Source: Candidatus Yanofskybacteria bacterium RIFCSPHIGHO2_01_FULL_44_22 (GTDB taxonomy: Bacteria > Patescibacteriota > Minisyncoccia > 2-02-FULL-40-12 > GWA2-44-9). From it: DNA of 64,000 bases. How positions within the stretch are numbered: the first letter of the stretch is position 1; each line of letters starts with the position of its first letter. Positions 53,401 through 62,546 of the stretch are shown piece by piece. The translations under genes were made by a program, and so were the position numbers. The DNA is taken from assembly GCA_001794205.1 (NCBI GenBank), contig MGJJ01000019.1:1353-65352 (forward strand), read 5' to 3'. Under the pieces are notes generated by a model. The model saw only the letters and a program-made list of their open reading frames with translations, made no database searches and was not told the origin of the DNA.

Positions 53401-53936
53401 AAAATATAAAAATTTTTATTTTGTTTTTTGCCGTCTTTATTCTTGATACGGTCGTAATGCCTGCGCTTTTCAATTTTAAAGAAAATATTGCCGTGTTTCT
53501 GTTGATTTCGGCCTGGCTTGCGGCTAACGCCGGTAGCACTGGAATTTTGGCCGGAGTTTTTATGAGTTTTGGGGCGGAAATCCTGTCCGGAGCCAATCCG
53601 GGCGTTTTTGTCTTATCTTTTTTAGCGGCGGCCCTTATTTTTTTTATTGCGGTCAAGTTCATAATTCTCGGACAAGATGGAATTTTTTCGCATTCCGCCA
53701 GGGTTTATTTTCAAAAATTAATCGTTACTATCGGGATATTTATTGTATTTGCCCTGTTGTCAATTTTAATAAACAACCTGCTTTATGCCGCCAATGGTTA
53801 TTTTTTATTGATATCCGCAATGGCGGTTAACGCCAAAATGATTGTTTACATTATCGTTTGGAGCGCGATTTTTACGGTCTTATTAAACAGAAAGAAGCCA
53901 AATGCCGAATCTCGCTTTCTTAATTCTTTATTCTAA
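53397..53936 (+). CDS. mreD: MreD-like small polytopic membrane protein
   Basis: Position immediately after mreC. 5 predicted TM. No strong sequence signature. Confidence 0.5.
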   Translation: MKNIKIFILFFAVFILDTVVMPALFNFKENIAVFLLISAWLAANAGSTGILAGVFMSFGAEILSGANPGVFVLSFLAAALIFFIAVKFIILGQDGIFSHSARVYFQKLIVTIGIFIVFALLSILINNLLYAANGYFLLISAMAVNAKMIVYIIVWSAIFTVLLNRKKPNAESRFLNSLF

Positions 53937-53950
53937 ATTGTATTCCGCTC

Positions 53951-55882
53951 ATGTTTTTAAAACGTTCAACTTATTCACTCGAAATAAATCAGGACGATTG
54001 GGCCTCGCCGGAAGAAACCCTGCTTGATGCCGGCAGTGATTATGCCGACCTGGAAAAACCGATTCCCGATTTTTATTTTAAGTTCATCGCCGTTGCCACT
54101 CTGATTCTTTTCTTCGCGGTTGCGGCTTTGTCTTTTAATTTAAGCGTTTTCAAACATGATAATTTTGAAAAAATTGCCGCTCAAAATAAATCGGTAAGTT
54201 TTGCCGTATCTCCTCCGCGCGGCGCAATTTTTGACCGGCTTGGTCGGTCTCTTACGGAAAATGTTCCAAGTTTTGGTCTCTTGGCGGTTTCCCGCGAATT
54301 AAAAAATTCTGTTCCGGAAGAGGCCAATCTTGAAAAATTGGCCCAAATATTAAAATTTTCCGCGGAAAATTTTGAAAAGACGATTTCTGACGGCAGTAAA
54401 ACCAACTCTGTCTTTTTTGTCGCCGCCGACCTTAATAAAGAACAAATTTTAGCCGTTGAAAACGGAATTTTTAAAGGATTTCATATTATTCCCGACTTAA
54501 AACGCCGATATGTTGACGGCAAGCAATTTGCCCACATTATTGGTTATGTCGGAAAGGTTAATGGAAATGACCTGCGCCGGGACGCTTACTATGAATCGGT
54601 TGATTTTATGGGCCGGACCGGGATTGAAGCGGAATATGAAAAAATTCTGCGGGGCGAACATGGCCGGCTTCTTTTTGACGGCGGCGTGGAGAACGGAAAA
54701 ATAGTAAATCGGGAAACCTCTGCCGGCAGCAATTTGGTGTTGAATATAGATTACGCTTTGCAGAAAAAACTTTATAACGAGACCTATAATATTTTAGCGG
54801 CTAACGGCTTGGCTAAAGCGGCAGCCGTAATTCAAAACCCGCAAAACGGAGCGGTGCTGGCCCTGGTCAGTTTTCCGGATTACGATAATAATGATTTTGC
54901 GGCCGGCCTTTCTGACCGGGAAGCGGACAGTATTTTAAAAAACAAGAATCAGCCTCTTTTTAACAGGGTTATCGGCGGATTGTACAATCCCGGCTCGACA
55001 ATAAAACCCTTAATGGGTTTAATGGCGCTTGAAGAAAAGATTTTCGCGCCGCAAGACAATATCAGAGATTGCGTCAGCCTTACCGTTCCCAATCCTTTTG
55101 ACGCCGATTCTCCTTACGTCTTTAAAAATTGGCGCTCGGAATCGGGTCTTTTTAACTTGCGCAAAGCGATTGCCAATTCCTGCAACATTTATTTTTTCAT
55201 TGCCGGCGGAGGCCATAAAAGCATAAAAGGTTTGGGCGTGGAAAGAATCACAAAATATTTAACAGCCAGTCTGGCGGCCCAACAACTCGGCATTGATTTG
55301 CCGGGCGAGGAAGCCGGTTTTATTCCCGGTCCCGATTGGAAATTGGCCGAAAAACGCGAAAGCTGGTATTTGGGAGACACCTACAATATTTCAATAGGTC
55401 AGGGCGACCTGTTGATTTCACCTCTCTGGCTAAACAGTTATATTTCGGCCATTGGCAACGGGGGCACTTTTTATAAACCGCAAACGGCCCAACGGATTCT
55501 TGATGCCAACAAAAATACAATTCAGATTTTCCAACCGGAGAAAATAGGTCAGCTTCAGTTTAAACAGGACAATATCCTGGAAATTAAAAGCGATATGGAA
55601 GAAACGGTTCTTTCCGGAACGGCCAAAGCGCTTCGTGATTTGCCGGTGCGGGCCGGCGCCAAAACCGGCACGGCCGAAGTGGTGAAAAATAAAAAAATCA
55701 ATTCTTTGTTTTCCGCGTTTGCTCCGTGGGAAAATCCGGAAATTGCCATTACGGTCCTCGTTGAAGATGCCGCCTCAAACCAGGGTTTAGCGGTTCAGAT
55801 AGCCCACAATGTTTTGAAATGGTATTTCGGGCAATTCTTACCGCAACCGGTTGAATCCTCACCGGTCTCGGAATCCCATTAA
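53951..55882 (+). CDS. mrdA: Penicillin-binding protein 2 (peptidoglycan D,D-transpeptidase, elongasome)
   Basis: N-terminal TM, dimerisation domain, transpeptidase motifs STIKP (SxxK), SCN (SxN), KTGTA (KTG). Confidence 0.9.
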   Translation: MFLKRSTYSLEINQDDWASPEETLLDAGSDYADLEKPIPDFYFKFIAVATLILFFAVAALSFNLSVFKHDNFEKIAAQNKSVSFAVSPPRGAIFDRLGRSLTENVPSFGLLAVSRELKNSVPEEANLEKLAQILKFSAENFEKTISDGSKTNSVFFVAADLNKEQILAVENGIFKGFHIIPDLKRRYVDGKQFAHIIGYVGKVNGNDLRRDAYYESVDFMGRTGIEAEYEKILRGEHGRLLFDGGVENGKIVNRETSAGSNLVLNIDYALQKKLYNETYNILAANGLAKAAAVIQNPQNGAVLALVSFPDYDNNDFAAGLSDREADSILKNKNQPLFNRVIGGLYNPGSTIKPLMGLMALEEKIFAPQDNIRDCVSLTVPNPFDADSPYVFKNWRSESGLFNLRKAIANSCNIYFFIAGGGHKSIKGLGVERITKYLTASLAAQQLGIDLPGEEAGFIPGPDWKLAEKRESWYLGDTYNISIGQGDLLISPLWLNSYISAIGNGGTFYKPQTAQRILDANKNTIQIFQPEKIGQLQFKQDNILEIKSDMEETVLSGTAKALRDLPVRAGAKTGTAEVVKNKKINSLFSAFAPWENPEIAITVLVEDAASNQGLAVQIAHNVLKWYFGQFLPQPVESSPVSESH

Positions 55883-55977
55883 ATTTGCGCTTCCATTCCG
55901 TTTGTGTTAAATTAACTTCTTATTATCTGCCGGAACTGTGCTTGGGCTGCCGGGCAGATGCCAAATAAAACAAAACC

Positions 55978-56436
55978 ATGGATAATCAATATTTTAGTCG
56001 CGAAGGGCTTGAAAAATTAAAAAACGAGCTTGAGGAAAGATTGACTGTTATCAGGCCGGAAATTGCCAGCCGCATTAAAGAGGCCAAAGAACTCGGCGAT
56101 TTGTCGGAAAGCGCCGAATATGAATCGGCCAAAGAGGCCCAGGCGGCAAACGAGGGGAGAATCGAAGAAATTAAAGAGATTCTGGAAAACGCCGTAATTG
56201 TCACCGGCTCAAGCGGCAGCGGCATTGCCGACGTAGGTTCATGCGTAAAAACCGAATCCAAAAACGGTTCGCAGGAATTCGTAATTGTCGGCGCGTCGGA
56301 ATCAAATCCCGGACAGGGATTTATCTCAAACGAATCTCCTTTGGGCAGAGCTTTTTTGGGTCACAAAAAAGGGGATAGCGTTGAAGTTAAAACTCCCAAG
56401 GGCGTTGTGGAATATAAAATCACGGAAATACGATAA
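55978..56436 (+). CDS. greA: Transcription elongation factor GreA
   Basis: Coiled-coil N-domain (LSESAEYESAKEAQAANEGRIEEIKE) and FKBP-like C-domain. Confidence 0.9.
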   Translation: MDNQYFSREGLEKLKNELEERLTVIRPEIASRIKEAKELGDLSESAEYESAKEAQAANEGRIEEIKEILENAVIVTGSSGSGIADVGSCVKTESKNGSQEFVIVGASESNPGQGFISNESPLGRAFLGHKKGDSVEVKTPKGVVEYKITEIR

Positions 56437-56500
56437 CGCCCCCATGTCTTTTTAGAATGAAGGTTTTGTATCGCCGTTTTTTTTGTTATGATTGACTTGT

Positions 56501-56633
56501 CCCCTCACTCACTTAATAGATATTTCTGTGAGCTGTCGGGGATTATAAAGCTAATTACGCAACAAGTTGCAGCTTATCAAACTATAAAAAGTGGGGTAAG
56601 AAATAACAAAGCAACTATTAAGTGAGTGTGGGG
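56501..56633 (+). promoter_or_regulatory. lysS 5' leader with long-range helix: cccctcactcacttaatag (56501-56519) complementary to ctattaagtgagtgtgggg (56615-56633), which covers the lysS SD and start region
   Basis: Read directly (19 nt, 1 mismatch). A possible translational sequestration element. No T-box consensus found. Confidence 0.4.
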
Positions 56634-58130
56634 ATGGCCCTGGAAGAGATACGTAAAACTAAAATTGAAAAAGTTGAAGCCGCAATAAATGCCGGTCTGG
56701 ACCCTTATCCGGCTGTTTGCAACCGAACGCATAAAATATCCGAAGCTCTGGCTGATTTTGAACGATTAAGTCAAGACAAGAAAATTATTACTCTGGCCGG
56801 CAGAGTAATGGCCATGCGTGAACACGGCGGTTCCGTCTTTTTTGACATTGACGACGGTTCTGAAACCGACGCCGCAAACCGCTTGTCTTCGGATGGGCAG
56901 ATTCAGGTCCATGTGAAAGAAGACGTTATCGGCAAAGAAAAATTTGGATTATTCAAAACCTTAGTCGATATTGGAGATTTCCTCGAAATCCGTGGTTTTT
57001 TGTTTAAAACCAAAAAAGAAGAAAGAACTCTGGAAACGGAGGATTTTCGCCTGTTATCCAAAGCCCTTCTACCGCTTCCGGAAAAATGGCACGGCCTTCA
57101 GGATGTGGAAGAAAGATACCGAAAAAGATATCTGGACATGCTTTTCAACAAAGAAATTAAGCATAAATTTATGCTTCGCTTTAAAATCATCGGCTTGTTG
57201 CGTGATTTTTTCAAAGACAACGGATTTTTGGAAGTCGAAACACCCATTCTCCAGCCGCTTGCCGGCGGCGCCAGCGCCAGGCCCTTCAAAACCCACATGA
57301 ATGACCTGAATGTCGACTTATATTTGAGGATAGCTCCCGAATTGTATTTAAAGCGTCTTTTGGTGGGAGGCATGGAAAAAGTTTTTGAAATAGCCAAGAA
57401 TTTTCGCAATGAGGGCATGGATCGCGAACATAATCCGGAATTCAATATGCTTGAAGCCTACGCCGCCTATAAAGATTACCGATGGATGATGGAGCTGACG
57501 GAAAAGATGATGGAATTTTTAACCCGAGAAATATTCGGTAAAACGGAAGTCGAGTACGGAGGCGCGAAAATTGATTTTAAGAAACCTTATAAACGTCTGC
57601 AATTCAACGATATCATCAAGAAATATGCCGGTCTGGATTACGATACGGCCGATGGAGGCGATTTTAAAAAAAGGGCCGGGGAACTGGGCCTTAAAATAGA
57701 AAAAACGGCGACTAAGGAAAATATCGCCGACGAGATTTACAAGAAGCTGGCCCGGCCGCAAATCATCAACCCCGTCTTTGTGGTTGACCACCCTCTGGAG
57801 CTTTCGCCGTTAGCCAAGAAACTGCCGGAGAACGCCGGCCATGTCGCCAGATTTCAGCTTTTGGCCGCCGGTTTTGAATTGACAAACGCGTTTTCCGAAC
57901 TCAACGACCCCCAAGACCAGCTTGAGCGGTTCCGGCTCCAGGAGCAGAAAAGAAAAAAGGGCGACGAAGAAGCACAACGCCTGGACAAGGATTTTGTCGA
58001 AGCGTTGGAATACGGCATGCCTCCGGCGGCCGGCATCGGCATCGGCATTGACCGGCTGGTCGCGCTTTTGACCGATTCTCACTCACTTAGGGAAATTCTG
58101 CTGTTTCCGATTATGAAACAAAAAGAATAA
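56634..58130 (+). CDS. lysS: Lysyl-tRNA synthetase, class II
   Basis: OB anticodon-binding domain, class II motifs (FRNEGMDREHNPEFNMLE, GMPPAAGIGIGIDRLV). An alternative GTG start lies at 56622. Confidence 0.9.
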   Translation: MALEEIRKTKIEKVEAAINAGLDPYPAVCNRTHKISEALADFERLSQDKKIITLAGRVMAMREHGGSVFFDIDDGSETDAANRLSSDGQIQVHVKEDVIGKEKFGLFKTLVDIGDFLEIRGFLFKTKKEERTLETEDFRLLSKALLPLPEKWHGLQDVEERYRKRYLDMLFNKEIKHKFMLRFKIIGLLRDFFKDNGFLEVETPILQPLAGGASARPFKTHMNDLNVDLYLRIAPELYLKRLLVGGMEKVFEIAKNFRNEGMDREHNPEFNMLEAYAAYKDYRWMMELTEKMMEFLTREIFGKTEVEYGGAKIDFKKPYKRLQFNDIIKKYAGLDYDTADGGDFKKRAGELGLKIEKTATKENIADEIYKKLARPQIINPVFVVDHPLELSPLAKKLPENAGHVARFQLLAAGFELTNAFSELNDPQDQLERFRLQEQKRKKGDEEAQRLDKDFVEALEYGMPPAAGIGIGIDRLVALLTDSHSLREILLFPIMKQKE

Positions 58131-58131
58131 T

Positions 58132-59382
58132 ATGCTCGACATTAAATTTATCCGTCAAAATCCGGAGGCCTTAAAAGAAGCGGTGCGCAAAAAACACGTT
58201 GATTTTGACGTGGAGCATTTGCTGGCCGTCGACTCAAGAAGGCGGGAATTGCTTGAATCGTCGGAATCTTTGAAAGCGGAGCAGAATAAGAGGTCAAAAG
58301 GCCCGCAATCGCCCAAAGACCTTGAAGAGCTTAAAGGCATCAAGGAAAAAATAAAAATTTTGGAAACCGAGCTGACGGTAGTGGAAAATGAATTTCAGAG
58401 CTTAATGCTTCTTGCGCCGAACATACCGGACGAAACCGTGCCGGAAGGCAAGTCCGACGCCGACAATAAAGAAATAAGAAACTGGGGCAAAATTCCGAAG
58501 TTTGATTTTAAGCCGAAAGACCACATTGAACTGATGAAAGAACTTGACCTTCTGGACATTGAACGCGGGGCCAAAGTTTCCGGTTTCCGTGGCTACTTCC
58601 TGAAAAACGAGGCCGTCCTCTTGTCTTTTGCTTTATGGCAATTTGCCGCGGAGCGGCTTTTAAAAAAGGGTTTCCAGCCGTTGTTTGCGCCCGCCATTGC
58701 GAAAGAATTTAATTTTGTGGGAACCGGCTGGCTGCCGCAAAGCAAAGACGAAGTTTATAAAGTCGGCAACGATGAATATTTAACGGGCACTGCGGAAGTT
58801 TCGGTAATGGGCTATCGCGCCGATGAAATTTTAAACGAGAAGGCCTTGCCCCAAAAGTATGTCGCCTTTTCACCATGTTTCAGGTCCGAGGCCGGTTCGT
58901 ACGGAAAAGACACAAAAGGCATTTTGCGAGTCCATGAATTTTACAAACTGGAACAAGTTGTTTTGTGTCGAAACAGCCGCGAGGAATCGGTAAAATGGCA
59001 CGAAGAGCTGACCAAAAACGCGGAAACGCTTCTCCAAGAACTCAAACTGCCGTACCGAGTGGTGATAAACTGCTCCGGAGATTTAGGACTGGGCCAGGTT
59101 AAAAAATACGATATTGAAACCTGGATGCCCTCACAGGAAAAATACCGCGAGACTCACTCCTCGTCGTATTTTTATGATTTTCAATCGCGCCGCTTAAATA
59201 TCAAGTATCGCGACGATGAAGGAAAAACTCATTTTGTCCATTCTTTGAACAATACCGCCTTGGCGACTCCGCGTCTTCTGGCGAATTTAGTTGAAAATTA
59301 TCAGACCAAAAAGGGGACTGTAATTATACCCAAGGTTTTAAGGAAATACATGGGCGGGGTTAAAGAAATTAAAAAGAAGTAG
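58132..59382 (+). CDS. serS: Seryl-tRNA synthetase
   Basis: MLDIKFIRQNPEALKEAVRKK coiled-coil N-arm, class II core (FRSEAGSYGKDTKGILRVHEF). Confidence 0.9.
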   Translation: MLDIKFIRQNPEALKEAVRKKHVDFDVEHLLAVDSRRRELLESSESLKAEQNKRSKGPQSPKDLEELKGIKEKIKILETELTVVENEFQSLMLLAPNIPDETVPEGKSDADNKEIRNWGKIPKFDFKPKDHIELMKELDLLDIERGAKVSGFRGYFLKNEAVLLSFALWQFAAERLLKKGFQPLFAPAIAKEFNFVGTGWLPQSKDEVYKVGNDEYLTGTAEVSVMGYRADEILNEKALPQKYVAFSPCFRSEAGSYGKDTKGILRVHEFYKLEQVVLCRNSREESVKWHEELTKNAETLLQELKLPYRVVINCSGDLGLGQVKKYDIETWMPSQEKYRETHSSSYFYDFQSRRLNIKYRDDEGKTHFVHSLNNTALATPRLLANLVENYQTKKGTVIIPKVLRKYMGGVKEIKKK

Positions 59383-59399
59383 TTGAAGGTTGATTTCTT

Positions 59400-60293
59400 A
59401 TGCGTCCGGCTGACATCAAAACCATACGTGAAAGGAGTGATTTTGGGCGCCGCGCAAGGCGTCCGTTTATTTTTTGGCTCGCGGCAGTCGGAGCTTTGGC
59501 GCTGGCCGCCTCCGCGGTTCATATTCTTTTCTTTGCCGATATCCTGCGGATACAAACAGTTTCAATATCGGAAAACGGCCGGATATCAGAAAGCTCCGAC
59601 GGTAAAGCCATTTTGGCTGCGATAAATTCGGTTCTGGAAGAAAAAAAAATCGGCTTTTTAAAAATTGCGGAAAACATCCTGTTTTTTGACAGGTCGGCAA
59701 CGGAGAAACAATTATCGGAAGACTTGCTCTTTATAAAAAACATAAAAATAAACAAGCTATTTCCGCATGGGTTGGCCGTTGAGTTTTCTAAAAAAATTCC
59801 AATTGGCGTCTGGTGTTTTAAAGATGGCGGCTGCCGGTATTTTGACGCGGCCGGCTCAATGTGGGGAGAAGCAGAAAAATCTTCAGGATTTCTCCTGTTG
59901 TCGGTAGATGATTTGCGAAACGGCGGCAATACCGCAAAAAGCGCCGCGGTCGATGCCGCTTTTTTTATGCCGCTTCTTAAAATTAATGAATATTTGCCGG
60001 CGGTGAACCTTAAAATTAAAAATGCGGAGATTCCGGAAAATTCACTTGGCGAATTTAAGGTTTTTACCGACAAAAATTATTTTCTGTTTTTTGATGCCGG
60101 TTCGACCAACTCACGGCAAGCCGGTTCGACCAACTCACGGCAAGCCGGTTCGACCAACTCACGGCAAGCCGGTTCCGACATCGCCGGCCAGCTGGAAAGT
60201 TTAAAGATGTTGCTGGAAGAGCGGGGAAAAGACACCGGTTTCAACCCTCAATATATAGACTTAAGGATTGGGGGAAGAATTTATGTAAAATGA
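59400..60293 (+). CDS. Membrane-anchored hypothetical protein, possibly FtsQ/DivIB-like (POTRA), carrying an octapeptide tandem repeat
   Basis: Basic N-terminus, single TM (PFIFWLAAVGALALAASAV), beta-rich ectodomain. The FtsQ assignment is weak. Confidence 0.4.
   Translation: MRPADIKTIRERSDFGRRARRPFIFWLAAVGALALAASAVHILFFADILRIQTVSISENGRISESSDGKAILAAINSVLEEKKIGFLKIAENILFFDRSATEKQLSEDLLFIKNIKINKLFPHGLAVEFSKKIPIGVWCFKDGGCRYFDAAGSMWGEAEKSSGFLLLSVDDLRNGGNTAKSAAVDAAFFMPLLKINEYLPAVNLKIKNAEIPENSLGEFKVFTDKNYFLFFDAGSTNSRQAGSTNSRQAGSTNSRQAGSDIAGQLESLKMLLEERGKDTGFNPQYIDLRIGGRIYVK
60107..60189 (+). repeat. 24-nt tandem repeat (ccggttcgaccaactcacggcaag) x3.4, encoding (GSTNSRQA)n in-frame
   Basis: Read directly. 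Three perfect copies plus a partial one. Confidence 0.9.
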
Positions 60294-60374
60294 ACCCCCC
60301 TCATTATTGCTTTTTATTTGGTTTTGTGGTATAATTAAAAGCAGGGTGGAATCGTAACAACAAGGAGGTGAACG

Positions 60375-60650
60375 GTGGCTGTTGCGAAGATTGACTCGCG
60401 GGAGTATCGGGTAGAACATGTTGAACGTCCTGATGGGATAGCCGTAAGGGTTGACATCAGGGTTTACAACCGATTGTACGAGTTTCGCTTGGCGGAAAAA
60501 CTGCCGATACTGACCTTTTCAACGAAAATAGTCGGCAAGTTTGATGACTATTACGCCGGCGGAAAGGTGGATTTGGACGGTCTGTATCACAGGGCGCGTA
60601 AACAAGCCCTGGGTATCTTAAAGGATTGCAGGCGTCAACGCGCCGATTGA
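60375..60650 (+). CDS. Hypothetical protein (91 aa)
   Basis: GTG start with a strong SD (aaggaggtg) 5 nt upstream. A terminator hairpin follows. No family recognised. Confidence 0.5.
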   Translation: MAVAKIDSREYRVEHVERPDGIAVRVDIRVYNRLYEFRLAEKLPILTFSTKIVGKFDDYYAGGKVDLDGLYHRARKQALGILKDCRRQRAD

Positions 60651-60685
60651 GGTCCCTTCTCGGGGCCTCTTGATTTTTTATACGG
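60649..60685 (+). terminator. Rho-independent terminator (gaggtccc-ttctc-ggggcctc + TTGATTTTTT)
   Basis: Read directly. It lies between the convergent 91-aa gene and the GT39 gene. Confidence 0.5.
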
Positions 60686-60715
60686 CGGGAGTATGGCGCG
60701 AAGGCCTTTTCCATT

Positions 60716-62524
60716 TTAAAGAGAGGGATTGATTTTCCAAACAAAGATAGAATTGCCGATGATGGCGGCGGGCTTGCGGCCCAAAAGCCAAATGTAATTC
60801 TGGTCCGGTTTATTGATTGTTCCCATAAAAAATGTAGCCGAAACGGCGATATGTCCGCCATCGGGATATTCTTTCAAAAAATCCTCTGCGCTTTTATATT
60901 TTCCGGCCGACATCCAGACATATTTGTCTTTTAAGTAATAATACGGGTCGGCCCAGCCGAAATAATCAAAGTTAATTTTAGAAATATTATTCTTATTCAC
61001 CCAATCGCCAAGGCGTTTTAGGTCTTGTCCCCAATCAATATTGGAGTCAACCACATACCAATGTCCTCCGGGAATATGGCCGACTTGTCCTTCCGAAGCC
61101 CAAGACGGGCGAAGGAGGGCAACTTGATTAAAATAGGTGAGATAATATGGATAAACACGGATATTTTCTACGAGGTACCAACCCAAAAGAGTAAAAAGTG
61201 TAAAGTAAAAAGTATAAAGAAATTTCTTGCTTTCAACTTTTAACTTTCGACTTTGGACTATTTTTATAATCTGTCCCGCCACAAGAATATAAACAAACCC
61301 GTAGATGGGCAGAAGATGCCGGACGCCGATGTTAAGATTGGCGCGCAGGCTTGAATACCAATAAATCGCGAGCCACAATATCATGGCGAATTCGTCAAAA
61401 TGATTTTTTATCCAATATCCGGCGCTTTCGATTTTTAACTTTCGATTTTTAACTTTTGCAATAATGGCTGTTACGGCAATGATTACGAATCCCCAGAACG
61501 GCAAGGGCTCCTTCATAAAGTACACGATTGGAAAATATTTTTTCCAGGCGACATTTCTGACTTCGCCGAGAAAATAAGTGTCGTTGCCGCCGATGCTCCG
61601 CTGGGCCACCATCAAAAGACCCAATCCGTATTGAGCGAGGGGGCGCAGGAAAGGTTTATCCGAAGCCCAGACAACCGGAGCGGCAAACGACCTGTTGCCG
61701 TAAGATAAAAGATGATTGGTCGTGTCGTATTTTTGTTTTTCCGGAGGGTAATTGCGGGTATGAAGAGCGTAAACCGGCCAGACAATCAATCCGAAACCGG
61801 CCATAAAAACGGCAGCGGCAAGAAAAATATGTTTGGCCAGATTCAGGATTTTTTCTTTTTCGGTGAGTGCCCACGCCATTGCCAGAATTACAAAAAACGG
61901 CACCAACAGAAACGCCGAAAATTTGGTAAGCTGGGCCGTACCGAAAGCGGCCGCCGCCAGCAAGAAATTTGCTTTCGTTTTGTTTTTTAAAAAGCCGACG
62001 AAGAAATAAGAAGCGAACAGAATTCCGAAAAGCGCGGGAGTATCGGTAGTCACAAAACGGCTGTGAGCGATTACCGTCGGCGAAAAAGAAAATAAAAAAA
62101 GAGCCAGAATGCCCGCCTTACCGCCGTAAAGTTTTGAGGCCCAATAAAATACCAGAATTGCCGCCAGAACAAAAAATAATAACATCGGCATTTTGGCGGC
62201 GCGGACAAGCTTAACGGCGTCATTGCCCGAATTAAATATTAAATTTCTGCCGAAATTCCACTGGCCGTTGATATCCTGCGTCCAGAATTGCGTTTGAAAG
62301 GCCGCCTGATTCAGGTTCAGCGGCAAAAGGGCCAGTCCGGCGAGGTCTTTGGCTAAGGGCGGATGTTCCGGATTCAGGCGATAATCGCCCTTTACCGCAT
62401 AAGAATAGCCGGCGCCGATATGGGGAATTTCATCGACTATCGGCGAATCGTTCCAGACACTATCAACGGCCAAAACTACCGCTGAAACGATAATAATTAT
62501 AGCTACAATATTAAAGCGGGGCAT
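60716..62524 (-). CDS. GT39/GT83-type (ArnT/PMT-like) phospholipid-carrier-dependent glycosyltransferase
   Basis: N-terminal TM followed by the DE-containing loop (VDEIPHIGAGYSYAVKGDYRLNPEHPPLAK). Many TM helices. C-terminal soluble domain. It contains 15-nt tandem insert repeats (KVKNR|KLKIE at 61417-61449). Confidence 0.8.
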   Translation of the reverse strand: MPRFNIVAIIIIVSAVVLAVDSVWNDSPIVDEIPHIGAGYSYAVKGDYRLNPEHPPLAKDLAGLALLPLNLNQAAFQTQFWTQDINGQWNFGRNLIFNSGNDAVKLVRAAKMPMLLFFVLAAILVFYWASKLYGGKAGILALFLFSFSPTVIAHSRFVTTDTPALFGILFASYFFVGFLKNKTKANFLLAAAAFGTAQLTKFSAFLLVPFFVILAMAWALTEKEKILNLAKHIFLAAAVFMAGFGLIVWPVYALHTRNYPPEKQKYDTTNHLLSYGNRSFAAPVVWASDKPFLRPLAQYGLGLLMVAQRSIGGNDTYFLGEVRNVAWKKYFPIVYFMKEPLPFWGFVIIAVTAIIAKVKNRKLKIESAGYWIKNHFDEFAMILWLAIYWYSSLRANLNIGVRHLLPIYGFVYILVAGQIIKIVQSRKLKVESKKFLYTFYFTLFTLLGWYLVENIRVYPYYLTYFNQVALLRPSWASEGQVGHIPGGHWYVVDSNIDWGQDLKRLGDWVNKNNISKINFDYFGWADPYYYLKDKYVWMSAGKYKSAEDFLKEYPDGGHIAVSATFFMGTINKPDQNYIWLLGRKPAAIIGNSIFVWKINPSL

Positions 62525-62546
62525 AGAAATAAATTGCTAATTTCTG

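Noticed and set aside
56437-56633. T-box riboswitch upstream of lysS
   Set aside because: No T-box consensus (AANNNGGGUGGNACCGCG) or specifier-loop architecture is visible. Only a generic anti-SD helix was found.
58079-58091. Third copy of CTCACTCACTTA at the lysS 3' end as part of a regulatory interaction with the leader
   Set aside because: It lies in a coding-constrained conserved C-terminal motif (TDSHSLREILLFP). A 12-13-nt recurrence could be chance. It is mentioned only within the leader finding.
60107-60189. CRISPR array
   Set aside because: The repeats are contiguous 24-nt units with no spacers. They are in-frame inside a CDS, and the same unit lies inside mreC. This is a coding mini-satellite and not CRISPR.
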